DNA of 64,000 nt from Parasitella parasitica NRRL 2501. Its lineage: Eukaryota > Fungi > Mucoromycota. The notes beneath the pieces are model-generated. The model saw nothing but the letters and a program-made list of their open reading frames with translations. It searched no databases and was not told where the DNA came from. Shown here in pieces: positions 1-13,618 of the stretch. Position 1 is the stretch's first letter; the number at the start of each line of letters is the position of its first letter. The DNA lies in the NCBI GenBank assembly GCA_025201805.1, contig MU619339.1:18653-82652 (forward strand). Reading direction: 5' to 3'. The translations under genes and the position numbers were made by a program.

Positions 1-851
1 TGACTACTGATGGTTGAATACTACATGGTTCTTGAAATCATGAGCCCACTCAGTATATGGAAGTGCTCCGAACAGTAAGTAGGAGGAGATCAGCCACTGA
101 ATATTTCTTTGATCATAATGGTGAATGTGATAAATGATACAATTGTGATTAGCTCTTGTCATAGCTGAATTGGCTCATACACAGATACTTTAAATTGTTT
201 TGTTTTTTTCTTGTAGGTGGCTTTCAGCTATCAAGATCTTGTGATACTGGGTCAAAGCGACAGTTAAAAACATATTTCAAAGCGGCTTTGATTGGTCTGC
301 TCTGTGTGTATTTCAGATTGTCAACAATATCATTTAAAAAGAAGACTTTGTCAGGAATCACAAATTTATTTTGTAAAAATCTGATCATGTCCAATAGCAG
401 CGTTTTCGATAGAATTCAATTGATTTATTATAAATAGGGGGTTTATTCATAAATACGTTGCTATAAGATGAGAGAAATATTTTGGCGCCATCTATTCAGG
501 CTACTTCACACTTGATCAAATCTAATCAACAATAAAGAACTAGAATTGTGTACAAACACTATTACTGCAAAGCTTCACCTTGATATCTTTGCTTTTGCTT
601 GCTCAGACTATGTTGTCTTTTGTTGCAATACAGAACCTTCCTTTTGGGGTGATGGTCCAATGCTTACCCTTTACATCTGCGAGTAGTTTTCGTGTCTGTG
701 AACTTGAAGGATACCTTATTTGCTTTCAAGGGGATTTACAGTCACTTGAACACTCGGGTTCTGGGATCTACCGAAAGCTCCACATAATAAAGGCGGGGGG
801 TGTCAATGCAAATGTGAAGTATTTTATTTACTTTTTGCTTCTCAATTACAA

Positions 852-1788
852 ATGCTTAAAACAATTTTAAATACAAGTTTACGTAACAGGAACCTTAGGG
901 CTCTTTTACCTGCACAGCGAGCATTGTACTCAAACTCGCCCAATTTTACTACTATTGATAAGGCCGAAGTTCAAAAGTTCAGTGACAAGGCAGCGGAATG
1001 GTGGGATCCATCAGGAGAATTCTCTATGTTGCAATTACTGAACCCACCCAGAGTTTCGTATGTGCGTGATCAATTAGTGGGAGCGGATAGCGATTTAGCT
1101 AAAAGTGGCAAACCGTTCGCTAATATTCGTATGTTGGACATTGGATGTGGCGGCGGCTTACTCTCAGAGGTAATTTCTAATGAAGCACCATGAATGCAGT
1201 TTTTGACTCTTTCGATAGTCTTTGGTGAGATTAGGTGGTGATGTGGTTGGAGCAGATGCGTCAGAAGATAATATCAAAATGGCAAAATTGCACTCCCGGA
1301 AAGACCCTTGTTTATGGCGAGGACCAGGCAAGATTGACTATCGACATTCTACAGCAGAAGATATTTTTCGAGGAGGTGAATTGTTTGATGTTGTATTAGC
1401 TATGGAGATTATTGAACATGTCAACCAGCCATTGGAGTTTTTGAGGACTTGCGCAAATTTAACTCGCCCTGGAGGAGATTTGTTTATATCAACCATGTCT
1501 CGCACACCTGTTGCTTATGCTTTGACAGTGGTATTGGCAGAAAAGTTATTGGGTATGGTGCATGATGGCACACATGATTGGAGTAAATACATCAAAAGCA
1601 AAGAGTTGTGTGAAGCCATTGAGTCCTTTGGCGATGAATGGGAAGTAAGAGACGTGCGTGGTATTTCTTGGGATCCCTTGGATCGACAGTGGAAAGTTTC
1701 TGAGCGCAATGGATTAGTTGGCATTGGAGGCTTTGAGTCATTAGAAGTTAATTACATAATGAGAGCATCCAAAAAAATGTTACATTAA
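852..1788 (+). CDS. COQ3: Ubiquinone biosynthesis O-methyltransferase, mitochondrial (2 exons; intron 1170-1218)
   Basis: Basic N-terminal presequence, TTIDxxEVxKF..WWDPxG motif, SAM-binding LDIGCGGGLLSE, EIIEHV and GTHDW motifs. The GT..AG intron 1170-1218 joins the two ORFs in frame. Confidence 0.95.
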
Positions 1789-1838
1789 AAGAGAGATGAT
1801 CCGTTTAATAAATAATAATGGTAGTATAATGGATTTGA

Positions 1839-3291
1839 TTAAACAGCAGCAACTGCAACTGCAGGAGACTCAGGAGACGATGTTGATTCTTGATTTTGTT
1901 CCTTTTGCACTGCAATAGCCTTTGAAAAAACAGCTGCAGCTGTTAAATCGCCAGCAGGAGGTTCGCTGTTGCTGGCAGAAGCAGACGCAGTCTTTAATCT
2001 ATTCATTGCACGAATGGCGCCAACAGCGCTCTTTAATGCTCTGCGAGGATTGAAGTTTTCGCGAACAGTGTCCAAAATATCGATGTCATTGATATCATTA
2101 CTGGTCATCCATTTGTGCTTAATTGCTGCCGAAGCCGTCAGTCTCTTCTCGGTGTCCAATGTCAAAAGACAACGAATGAAATCCTTGGCCTCGACTGAAA
2201 TATTTCTCCAGTATCTTTCGTGGAAATCGTAACGTGCATGTGTGATTTCGTCTATTAATTCAACTTGATCTTCGGCTTGAAAAGGCTGATAACCACATAG
2301 CAAGGTATAAGTGATGACACCAACCGCCCACATATCAATTGGAGGACCATAGCCTTTTTGCGCCAGTACTTCTGGAGCTGTGCATGTGCAGGTTAGTTAG
2401 ATTGCATGTAGATCAGTAATATAACGTCTTTCTCACCAACATAACCAGGTGAGCCACAAACAGTTTCTAATGCGGAAGCTTGGGGATTCACTTTGGCAAT
2501 ACTATTATTTAAGATTAGTACCAGCCACAGAAGTAATGAAAAGGTCTCTTGATGTTACCCAAAATCACAAATAACCAAATCTGCATCAGATTCACCTGTC
2601 TTGAATAACAGATTTTCGGGCTTCATATCTAAAATGTCCACAATAAGCCAATGTCTTCAGCCCCATTTTTATCGTAATTTACCTCTATGAACAATATTGT
2701 TTTGATGCAGATATTCTAAACCTGTTAATACAGATCTGATAACAACAACGGCATCTTTTTCTGAGAATTTCCCTCTTTCAAACAATCGTTCAAATAGTTC
2801 TCCACCAGTGGCTCTGATTTGCATGGTAAAATTTAGTATTTGCACATAAAAAAACGAAAGCGAAACGTGCTTACAGTTCAAACACAAGATAGAATTTATC
2901 TCTATACGCAGATATTAGAAATTGCCTTCCAATTCACATGTCTGTGCATACCTGGATTCAAAAGTATCATAAAATCCAATCACATTGGGGTGTGATAATT
3001 TGCTTAGCACATTCACCTCATCTTTGACCATATCAAAGTGATTTTTGACATTTTTCTTTGGGATAACCTTGACGGCTACTTCTTTACCATCACTAATTCG
3101 AATTGCCTTTTTAACTAAGCCAAAAGAACCGCTACCTAGCAGATAAATGAAAATGAGAATCTGAATATACATGGATGGTTGCAAAACAAACCTAAATCCT
3201 CACAAAACGTATAGTTTTTCTTTTTACTGTAGGATTCTGGCTGTTGAACACCACCATGAACGATGGTATCAAGTGCTTTAAAAATGTTCAT
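1839..3291 (-). CDS. Ca2+/calmodulin-dependent protein kinase (CMK1/CMK2-like), multi-exon
   Basis: GSGSFG, VAVK, ATGGELF, HRDMKPEN, DFG, CGSPGYxAPE and DMWAVGVITYTLLCGY motifs across the exons. C-terminal CaM-binding-like FNPRRALKSAVGAIRAMNRL. Confidence 0.93.
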
Positions 3292-4541
3292 TTTTATATA
3301 TATGTATATTGTAATTAAGAAAAACAAAGAAAAGGGGATTGCCTGGATGACCCAGAACCGATCTATTTGAGAAAAAAAAACCAACTATTTTTAAATTTTT
3401 AGCTTGTGTCTTTTCCAGTCTGCAAATTTAGCATAGAGCCAATTAGAAACTTGGTTCCTACCCTCTCGAGATATCCTAAAATGGATCGCTGTCGCTGAGC
3501 TGTTATCCTGTATCATGATGCCAATGACAACGATCGGCTGTAGAATGGTATACAACTACATGTCTGTATATTGATTGAGCCTCAGGCATCAATTTTTTTT
3601 ATAATATATACAGCTTCCTGTGGTTTTATTTCCTCTTTACAGAGTGCAAGAATTTTCTTTGTTTTGATTGACTCCACAATGTACTTGGCATTCTCGAGTG
3701 TATTGCCCTTATTAATCACCAAATGTAGTATTTTAACCTGCCCAACAAGCTAGGACGTGTGGCGTCATGATTGTCACTTTAACCCTGCTGCAAACATTAG
3801 CTTTATGCTTTGACGCTGCTTTAGCTCACAATTTTTAATACATTACAAAAACGCAAAATATACAATAATAGACTCAATATGTTAATAATTGATGATCAAA
3901 GCTGGTCTTCTAACAGCTTGATAACCTAAATTATTATGATACACAAGACAATGAGACATATTTTTATACAATGAAATTTAAATTCACAAAATCGTCAAAT
4001 TGCTAAATCCAATTCATACAAATGAATAGAAATAGCTCAATGATGTCGAAAATATTTTTGTTTTGCTTTCAGTTTTTAAGCATGTGTTAATAGCTGGATA
4101 TTCAGGGTTTATTCATTTGTTTGATGAGGCTACTTCTCTTACTCTACCCTACATACATCAAAGGGTATATACATACGATATTTAAGAGAAACAAATTATC
4201 GTTTGCACGAAAATGCGTGGTTTTTGATTTTAAAATGGAAATACTTTTCCTAATAACTTGGGAATCAAAACAAACCGAGGCTATTAATAATATCATATCC
4301 ACCAAGCAACAAGGTATCGTTGTTGCTGATCTGAAATTTTAACGCAACCTATAGCAACTTTAACAAAGCTACTTCCAAGCGAGTTTATACTACACAAGAA
4401 GATTCTTGTAACTGAATGGTAATTCTATTAGCAAATCTCCAGTTTTGCAGAATTCCGTACGTATATTTGGGGTCCCAATGAAAATAAATTTGGTATTGAC
4501 TTTTCTCTCGATACAGAGCTCTCAAGCAGACTCAATCCTTA

Positions 4542-4750
4542 TTAGAATGAACTGACTTTGTTGCTCAAGAGACCAGCTCCAACCTCCTCACTATCTATTT
4601 CTCGTTGCACAAGTTCACCGATATGTCGAAAACTGGCATGAAAAAGCCAGATATTTTTGTGAGCATGCCATGTGCAACCTAAAGCTATATCTCGCAATAT
4701 TCGGGACAACGAGCAATGTAATAACAACAGACGATTTAACTCAACCAAGA
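4542..4750 (-). mobile_element. Possible 3' remnant of an L1/Tx1-like non-LTR retrotransposon
   Basis: The peptide IALGCTWHAHKNIWLFHASF resembles the IWxAHWxxIF..PF motif near the C-terminus of fungal L1-like ORF2. Intergenic and short. Confidence 0.3.
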
Positions 4751-5354
4751 ACTGAGGCTTTCTAAAAAACAGAAAAACAATTGGTGCGTGATGAGAATGG
4801 TGTAAGAACAGTTCTGAATCGTCATCTCCAAAGGGAAGTAATATGCTTTAATTAGATTTACCAGCTAGTCACTGCAGATCACCCCCATTGACGCCCTTTA
4901 GATGAAAAAACATAATACAATCAATTGAATGATCCCAGTAATTGATATTTTCTTGAATAGCCTTCCAATTGCTTGATTTGGTGCATCTTATGAAGCAAGC
5001 TCACCACAGTTCTCGAACACCAATCTGGCGATGTCGAGACCCTCACTTAGCCCGATAAATCCTTGGCTATGTAGCTATCCCTCCCCCTCCGAAATGTTTA
5101 TTTAAAATGAAATACATCGACTATCTGAATACCTTTAGCTATGGCCAATATTAAATACAAGGGCTTTTGTCATCAGCGCCATCTCTTTGGCATCATTGTC
5201 AAATACTCATACGTACTTCTGTAACGCCAATAAGAATTGTGTAATTGACGAGAAGGAAACCCTGGCATATGTTCTCCGCATAACATGATTTTCTCTTTTT
5301 TCTCTCTTCTTTTTTTTTTACAAATACTATACCTTAATATCAATCTATATCATA

Positions 5355-6526
5355 ATGTCTCAAGAATCGTAGGTTCAATATATGAGAAATAAGCAGATTG
5401 TAACAATTTTAATAGTAAACACCAGCAGATAAATGTTTTATTACAGCAGAACCCTTCAACAATTACAGTCGTGGACGGACAAATATACGAGATACCGCTA
5501 CAAGCTCAAGAAAACACATTTTTGCTCATCAACCTACCAGGTCATTTTCCCGAAGAACCACCTGTTATCACAATATCACCCACAGGAATGAGACATCCTT
5601 GGATAGAGGGCGATGTCATTATGCACGATGCTCTACCTAGTTGGACACAGCAATCCAATTTAGGTGTCCTGGTGAAGGATATTTGTGAAGAGTTTAGAAA
5701 TCGACCTCCTGCCAAGAAAAGCGACCAAAAAGAAGATGGGTAATAATGGGTTTCTTTTTTTTTTTTTTTTTTTTCACCAAGTAACATGAGTTGACTCTGT
5801 GTATCTAGATACAGTGTTCGCCCACCACCACCCATTCCTTCGACTTCGACTTCGACTTCATCTACTATACCGATGAATCCAGAATATACCGCAATCTCGA
5901 AATTAAGGCAGGTTTTCGTCTTGTGTAGAAAACAGATGTTTTAACCAAAAATAAAAAAGCAGCCCTGAGCAAATGGAAGAGTTGCTTTCGAATGAAACAG
6001 CATTCGACATATTTTTCCATTCCTTGGACAGAGTAAAGAACCTCAGGACCTTTCAAGAAGAGCTATTAAGTGGAAATGAACAACTGGCCCGTAAGTTTAT
6101 GAAGGAGATTCTGATTTGTCTCATTAATGGCATATCTTTGTAGATAAAAACTTGAGTAAAGAAGACCAACTACTTAAACTTCGAAGCGAAGTTGAGATTT
6201 TACATGGACAATTCAAATCGGATAAGATTGAATTTGAATCCAAGGAGAAGCTGCAGCACGAGGCGTACAATGTAAGTGGCGCTTGTGTGTTTGGATTGAT
6301 TCTCACAGCATGATAGAGATTCTCATCTTCTACTGTCTTGACGAGATTGAAAGCAAGTGTCTATGAATCAGACGAATTGTCAGAGTCAGTCGCACAGAGC
6401 TTTTTGGATGGAAATCTGGACAATGACAGCTTTGTCAAGCAATTCCGAGAATTTCGCAAAGTGTATCATTTAAGAGCTAGCAAATTGGAAAGAGCACAAA
6501 AAGACAATCTTTTTGTTCCTTATTAG
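5355..6526 (+). CDS. VPS37: ESCRT-I subunit VPS37 (UEV-like N-terminus plus Mod(r) domain), multi-exon
   Basis: LPGHFPEEPPVI..HPW UEV-like segment, proline linker, and C-terminal ESDELSESVAQSFLDG..FVKQFREFRKVYHLRASKLE Mod(r) signature. Confidence 0.85.
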
Positions 6527-6688
6527 AATGTTATTTTCATGCAACCCACCTGACTGGAACATGCTCCAAGCCTAGATGATTTTGTTTGGTATATTTCGAA
6601 TAAAATATTTTTTTCTTTTTTTTTTTTTTTTTTTTTTTTTTTCTCTTTCTCTTAATTATCATATTGTGTCTACGGATAACCATCTATA

Positions 6689-9600
6689 ATGCGAATAATA
6701 CTGGCAGAATTAGGCCATGAATTCGAATCAAATAACTCATTTTCAAAATCCAAGAGTTCAGAAGAGTATGTAGGGTAGATTTCATCGCTAAAGAGCAAAA
6801 AGCTGATTACTGCAAATTCTGTAGTTTGGATCAGTTGAACAAGGAAATTGAGGAGAAAGCCCAAGTCAGCACTCTCGATCAAATTTTACTTACAGTGAAT
6901 GGGATACAAATTAAAGACAATACGCTAGAGCCAGAGCTAGATGCATCGACGATTGTCTTGTTTAATCGCCGTGTACTGCAGGATCCGTCGCAAGTGAGGT
7001 TACCTGACTCCAATTTGGTTACAAATGACATGATGCCCAGCTTCGCAGAATTGGAAACTATGATTTACGCTTGTGAGACAGAGCCTGAAAAGGAAGAGGA
7101 AATGAGAGGGATACTTAAAGATATCAGCCAGGTAACAGGCAACTGACATTGCATACTTCTGTCAACTGACATTTCATACTTCTGTCAACTGACACAATTC
7201 GCAGACCATCGTGGACACATGTCAGCGTAGAAAAACAAGTATAGACAAATTGGCTCGAGAAACAAATGGACAAGCCATTGCACTTGAAGCAGCACTATTC
7301 AATTTAGAGTCTCATGTCAAGTAATGATACTTTTCTCTTTAGTTATACGCATATATGTATTAATTTAGACCAGAACTGCTTATCAGAATTTCGGTAAATT
7401 TGATCGTATAGCTCAACGAGAATTTTCCAAGCATACAATAGTCCTCGATCAAGTAGCAAATGATTTGCAGATACTAGCATCTACAGCCATTCATCCTCGT
7501 ATCTTAGTCCAAATTAAAGATTCTCAGGGCACAACACTCGACGCATTCGTACCCTTCGATTTTATGAAGGAGCAACAGGAACAATATACAGCATTGCAAA
7601 AGCAGTATCATGATCTTGTACAGGCTAATAAGGAGCAGCGAAATAAAGTGGGCTACCTGACACGACAAACAGCACATGTAGGAAGTATTAATCGAACAGC
7701 ATCTGAATTGGGCGTTGCCAAAGTAGAGAAATTGGTATCAGATTCGGCACAGGCTATACACGGCTTACTGGGATGTCAAAAAAAGATGGGATCAAAGCAG
7801 CCGGGGCGGATCAGGGATGCTTTTAAATCCATATATCACCACCAACAAGTATTGTGCGATACTGAAAAGATCATTCAACAGCAAAGACAACTGGCAGTGC
7901 AAGGATTTGTCAACTGCATCTTGCATATTAGTAAAGTAGAGGAGTCTGTGGCTCACATTTACCCGACGTTGGCCGAACTGGAAAAGAGGATGAAGAGATT
8001 AAGGCTAAATATCGAAAAAAAGACCAGCGACGATTTGTCAAAAAGGCTGATCCTTGGCTATGTGAGTCGTGTGCTCTTATTTGCGGCAAAATCTAATAGT
8101 TCGGTTTATAGGGATTTCTACTGATTGAAATCTGGAGAAGAGACAGATACTCCGAAATTGTAACTAAAAATGCTAGTTTACTGGGCGAGTTATTCGGCCA
8201 TTTTGGGAAAAGAGAGGAAAGATATAGACAGCATTTTAACCAGCAACTGAGGTACTTGACGAAACAGAATGAAGCATTGGAGCAGCAAGTTGTTTTATTA
8301 CCATTTGCCATGCAAGGTATTATTTGTCGTTTACATATTTTTGATGCATGTAATAACATCTGCAAAATGCACAGATATAAATGACTCTCCTGTAATTTGC
8401 AGCACATCAACCAACGTATATCCATCCGATTCTTTTGCTAGTTTCATTACAAAAAATCAGATTGAAAGTGAGTGCTACCTTTAACACCAACTACAAAATA
8501 TTAACATATGCAAAGGCTTCATTCAGTCAATTCATTGTTATCAAGATATTAACTACCAGTTACGCCGAAGATTAGACAGAGAAAGCAAACGGCTCAATAA
8601 GGGGCTTGCCTTATTAGGTAGAAGGAGCTCCTAATGATGTAAACAATGTTTTGTGCTGATAAAAAATGCCCAAGTATAGGATTACCGAGTGGACTAGACA
8701 ATAGTGCAAACCAAAAGGTAAGGTGTAACAATAACATGGTTTGCATGAAACACAGCTGATTGATTGGAAATGGCTTTTTTTGTTATTGTTTATACATTTA
8801 TATTTGCATGTGCTGTTAGATTTTTTCTTCTATTCCTCTTTCTCCTTCTACATCAACTACTACTGATCACACAATCGATATGAAATTGGCTACTCCACCT
8901 GTCACAGCAACTGGCTCCATCTTCCAGCATCAAAACGAATGGGAACTGGAAAAAGCATCTGTAAGTGCAAGTTTCCTACAGAAATTTCTTTTCTAACATG
9001 TTTATATATAGATCCTTCGACAATCACAAGAGTACAGAAACTACATTGAGGATATACATACCAAACATGAAAATGATAGAATCAAGTTTGAGAAAGATAA
9101 ACAAAGTGTATGTGTGATCTGCCTATTTTATCACTTCTCAAAACTAATTCTAAGCAGTTACTGCGAGAGTTGTACTCAAAAGACAAAAAAATTGAGGAAA
9201 TTAAGGAATTGTACGAGTTAAAGGTATGTTGGTCTGATGCCACGATGAATCACTCGAAAACTAAGGTGTGTGTTTACCAGATCGAACATTTGGAGAAAAA
9301 ACAACAAGAGGCCGAAGACGCTTTTACGAACCATATAAGGCAATTGCAAGAGCAACATTACCATGCATTGGAAACCAAACAAACGACCCACAAACGACGA
9401 CTTTCCAATTTTTATCAAAGAATCAATGATAAAGACGAAGAAATCAACCAACTGGAAAAGACATTAAAAGAAACAAAAAGTGCTCCTACCTCACCCACCA
9501 TGTATTCATTTGGGATGACTGTGACTCAAGAAAAATACGATAGGGATATCTCGAGGTTACAGCAAATCGTTGAACAGCTGAAGAAAGAACCGTTTGTTGA

Positions 9601-10420
9601 TATGACATCTCAAATACATTCCCGAGATGAGGAGATAGAAGGTTATAAATCTACTATTCTTGCTCTGGAAGTTAGTGTTAAAGAAGCCAATGCTAAAGTT
9701 GCCCAGATGATGAAGAGCGAGGCCCGCTTGAAGCAGCTAGCTCTCGCAGAAAATACACAAATGATGATGCATGCTGAAGCACGAGTAGAAAACCTCACTG
9801 TGGAGCATAAGCAAAATATGACTGAATTGAAGGAAGAATACGAGAACGAAAAACAGGTTTTGCAAATTAAGCATCAAACAGAACTTGAACAGGTCAAGCA
9901 AGACATGTTGGATAAGCAGCAAACTCTGCAAAAGGAAGTAGAAACCCGAGTTGATCAAGAAAAACAATCATGCATTATAAAATTAAATGAGTTAGAATCA
10001 AGTTGGCAAAAAAAATTCGAGTTGGCCAAACAAAAATATGAGCAAGAAATCGATCACCACAACCAACGGAATACAAAGTTAACGAACGAATTTGGGCAGT
10101 TTAAACGAGCATCTAATGCCGAACAAAGAGAACTCGTAAATGTAAGTACCCACGCAATTATATTACAGTGTTTACATGATAATAAGACATTATTATTATA
10201 GCTACAAAAAAAGCACAAGTCTGCAAAGAAAATGGCTGAAGAATTAGTGTCCATATCTAGCCCTTGCCAGCAACAACAAAATCATATTGATGATGTGCCT
10301 TTGATCGATTTACTTAAAAGAACTCTTGGTAACATCACTTCGTTACAAACCAAAAATAACATGTTGGAACAATCAATGGAGTCTCCTTATATGATGAGTA
10401 CTAGCTACGGCTATTACTAA
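6689..10420 (+). CDS. ATG11/FIP200-like autophagy scaffold (Ub-like, ATG17-like and coiled-coil regions; no C-terminal Claw domain seen)
   Basis: N-terminal DQILLTVNG..IVLFNRR resembles the ATG11/RB1CC1 ubiquitin-like domain. LIEIWRR..REERYRQHF matches the end of the ATG17-like domain. The exons I traced (8.1-9.2 kb and the ends) splice in frame into the long coiled coil. Confidence 0.65.
7140..7194 (+). repeat. 23-bp tandem repeat (~2.4 copies) inside intron 7132-7204
   Basis: caactgacatt(g/t)catacttctgt starts at 7140 and 7163, with a partial copy at 7186. Confidence 0.9.
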
Positions 10421-11708
10421 CTATGACTATTACTTACAACTACCCTCAAATCTATTATATATCTTCATCCTTCATTTTAGCTGATTTCATAATATATGTT
10501 ATCATGTACATAAATAAACCTATCATATTATATCATGCCAAACATGCATGTTTGAGGTGCTGTTTTTAACTTCTTTATAAACAATGACAAAAACTACGGC
10601 ACTGAATTTCATGGTTCTCCTTTAACTAATTTTTTATAATTATGGCTTGCAACTCTTTATTAGCGGCTGCTTATTTTACATCCAAATCTACCAAGGTCAT
10701 GTAAATTATAACAATTACTGTGATAGATTGAATAATATCCTGGCAATTACAATAATAATCTGTACAACAAAAATGTAGCAATGTCTTTATGATCAAAAAC
10801 ATTTTTTGGGCATTGATTCCGTAACCGCCTTATATAGACAAACATCCTTACACCCTTTTTAACTTACATTATAATGAAAGATACTCCAGCAAAAAACAGA
10901 AAATAAGTTATCACTGAAAGCATTGTTACGAGATGTGGATCATCATTGTTGAACACCTCAATCCTAAATTTGGTTGTCATGTTCGTGTTAATTCGTCTGA
11001 GGTGCGGATTGATAATGAATATTAACAATAAAAGGTTTCATTTTTCATTGGAATTGCAAGTATCGATATCTATAATTTTTTTTTAGAAAAATGAGAAGGT
11101 GATGTATACTATTAAATTATCAGATTGTTTATAGTTCAATTACGGATATAGTAGGATCTGAGCTAACTTACATGAATATCATTCTATATATTGCCGTTTG
11201 ACACTTGTCATTCACCACTGGTGAATTATGGGTAGCTTATCTATATATTACATCTTAAATTAAGACTACATCTTCTCTTTGCTATTCGAGTGCAAATACA
11301 ACATGGCTGCTATGACAACGTAGTCAAAATAATGGTAACGGCTATTTTTATGGATACAACAAGCATTACCGAAGACTAGCTGCTAGAAATCCTGTCGCTT
11401 TGTTCATGCGACATGCAAGATCATTTGAGAAGAACTTGTAGTAAGGCTCACAATATGAATTAGTCGAATGTTGCCGATCCAACCGCGTCATCTGATCCGA
11501 TTAGATTTAGTATTCTTTGATTGGCATTGTGTTTCGTGAGACAGCCTGCTGCTGGTGCTAGCAGTACATCCAGTCTTGGTATTAAGAAAGATTAAAAATT
11601 AGGTACTTTTTAATTGACATGTAAAGAGCCCTTATGCGTTTAAAAAGAGGTAAATCGCTTTTTAACATAAATTTTATTAATTCTAAGAAATTTATAATAC
11701 AAGTTTGT

Positions 11709-12163
11709 TTAATTCTTCTTATCCTTCATGAAGTTCATAGCCTTGATGGCATCTCTACTTTGTTTTCTATGAAATCGGCGATTGACAGGTTTGGTGGTCT
11801 TTTGCTTTTGTTTCTTTTCATCCAGCAAATCCCATAACCAGTCGGGATACTCACTGTCATCCAATGCAACTGGGTCTTGCTTGTCTTTTAAGTATTGAAT
11901 GCCTTTCAAGACTGTACCTTTTGGTGCTGAGGAAGGCTTTCTTTGGGCTGTAGGTGTAGATGTGGATGTGGGTGTAGATGTCGATATAGTAGTGGTGATG
12001 TTATCTATGTTTGATGTATCGTTTAATGACTAGGGTCTGTCAAAATCACTCTTCTTTTACCTGACGCAGCATAACGAATGATAGCACAAGAATGGATCGA
12101 AGCTACACGTGGTAAATTTTGACTGAGGATAGGTCTCGAAGAACGTACAATTGTGCTTAACAT
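11709..12163 (-). CDS. MRPL37: Mitochondrial large ribosomal subunit protein mL54 (yeast MRPL37)
   Basis: SSAPKGTVLKGIQYLKDKQDPVALDDSEYPDWLWDLL signature, N-terminal mitochondrial presequence, one intron. Confidence 0.9.
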
Positions 12164-12348
12164 GATAGCTCTCGTATTTTGAAAGTGGACAAGGAAGGAA
12201 AAAAGTTTAATGTCGGGGTGAGGGTGGGCTTTACCACTTTTCTTCGGTAGTACCCCTTCATGTTTTAAGCTTAGGTCCAGTCACAAAACGTCAAAAGATC
12301 CACCACATCGTTGCTATGTGATAAACCTTTAGATAGAAAAGCATGATT

Positions 12349-13168
12349 TTATTTAAGCAAACTTTTGACTAACTTTTCCAAATTCTCGGTTGTCATAATA
12401 TCATAATGATCTCCTTTCAAACTCATGTCCAGAATAGTATGGTCTTGATGGAAAGACTTCAAATGCTGATGCATTACATGAGCTTGATCATTATTGATCA
12501 ATGTATCGTCTTGGCTATGTGCAATGATAACAGGCTTTTTGCTCAATACATTGGATGTCTTGCTGATAGGAGATGCTTCATAATAAATAGATTGATCTGA
12601 TCCAAAACCTTGTTCAATAAAATCAAGATAAGAGGGGAATGTCTTGACTAAAAGCGGAATGTCGTAGATACCAGATACTCCAATGACCCCTTTAACATAA
12701 TCGTGATACGGTAAGTTGTTATCTAATAAAAGCATCAGCGCAATATGTGCTCCTGCCGAATGGCCTACTAAATAAAGCTTCTTGGCATCATAACGTCCTG
12801 AAGAATTTTTATACAAAAACTCGACCGCTTTTCCAGCATCATTAATGTGATCAGGGTGTTGAATCGTGGGTTGCTCACCGTTTTCCTTCAAGCTTAACCT
12901 GCGATTAAGAGAAAATAAATATATATAGTGTCTATACTTTTGCCTTTTCTTACCGATAGTTGATTGAAGCACATGCATACCCTAATTCACTGAATCCAGT
13001 ACAAAGTTGCTGGTAATCAGCTTTATCTTCAGTTCTCCAAGCACCACCATGAATAAATACAATAAGAGGAGAATCCTCGTTTGCTTGAGCTGGTAAGTAA
13101 AGATCAATAGATCTCGCATTTTCACCTTCTGTAGGGCCGTAATAGCATGTACTTGTTTGGGTGCTCAT
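12349..13168 (-). CDS. BNA7: Alpha/beta hydrolase, kynurenine formamidase-like (2 exons)
   Basis: FIHGGAWR oxyanion motif, NYRLS, QHPDHINDA, nucleophile elbow GHSAG, GIYDIPLL, catalytic Asp (SQDD) and His (GDHY). Confidence 0.75.
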
Positions 13169-13618
13169 AATTGTGAGTGACTACACGGGAAAAATGTCGT
13201 GCTGGGTGAAGAACGGATTGAACAGATAAATAGAATCTGGAAGCCAATCAAACGTTCGGTCTCAAAGCAGAAGGGAATCTTGAAATCACCAATTCAAAAT
13301 GGTAGGACTGAAGGACATAAGCTAACAATTTGATTTGATTGTCTTTGCTAAATCAAGCATAGATTTGAGGTTCACCGTCATTCATTCCCAAAAAAAAAAA
13401 AAAAATAACCAACTTAATCAACGTATCATTTAAAGGAATACCACGATATATGAAAAGCAACAGATAGTTCATTTTATTTAATAAATAAACATTCAGTCTT
13501 ACAGCAAAGGAAGCATACACAAGTCGATAATGTCCAACATGCTTCACTTATTTTATTTATAATAAACTGCATCCCACTCAACATCTTAACTACATACAGT
13601 TATGCCTTATTTTGTTTA

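Noticed and set aside
195-870. Short ORFs upstream of COQ3
   Set aside because: Non-ATG starts, low-complexity composition and no motifs.
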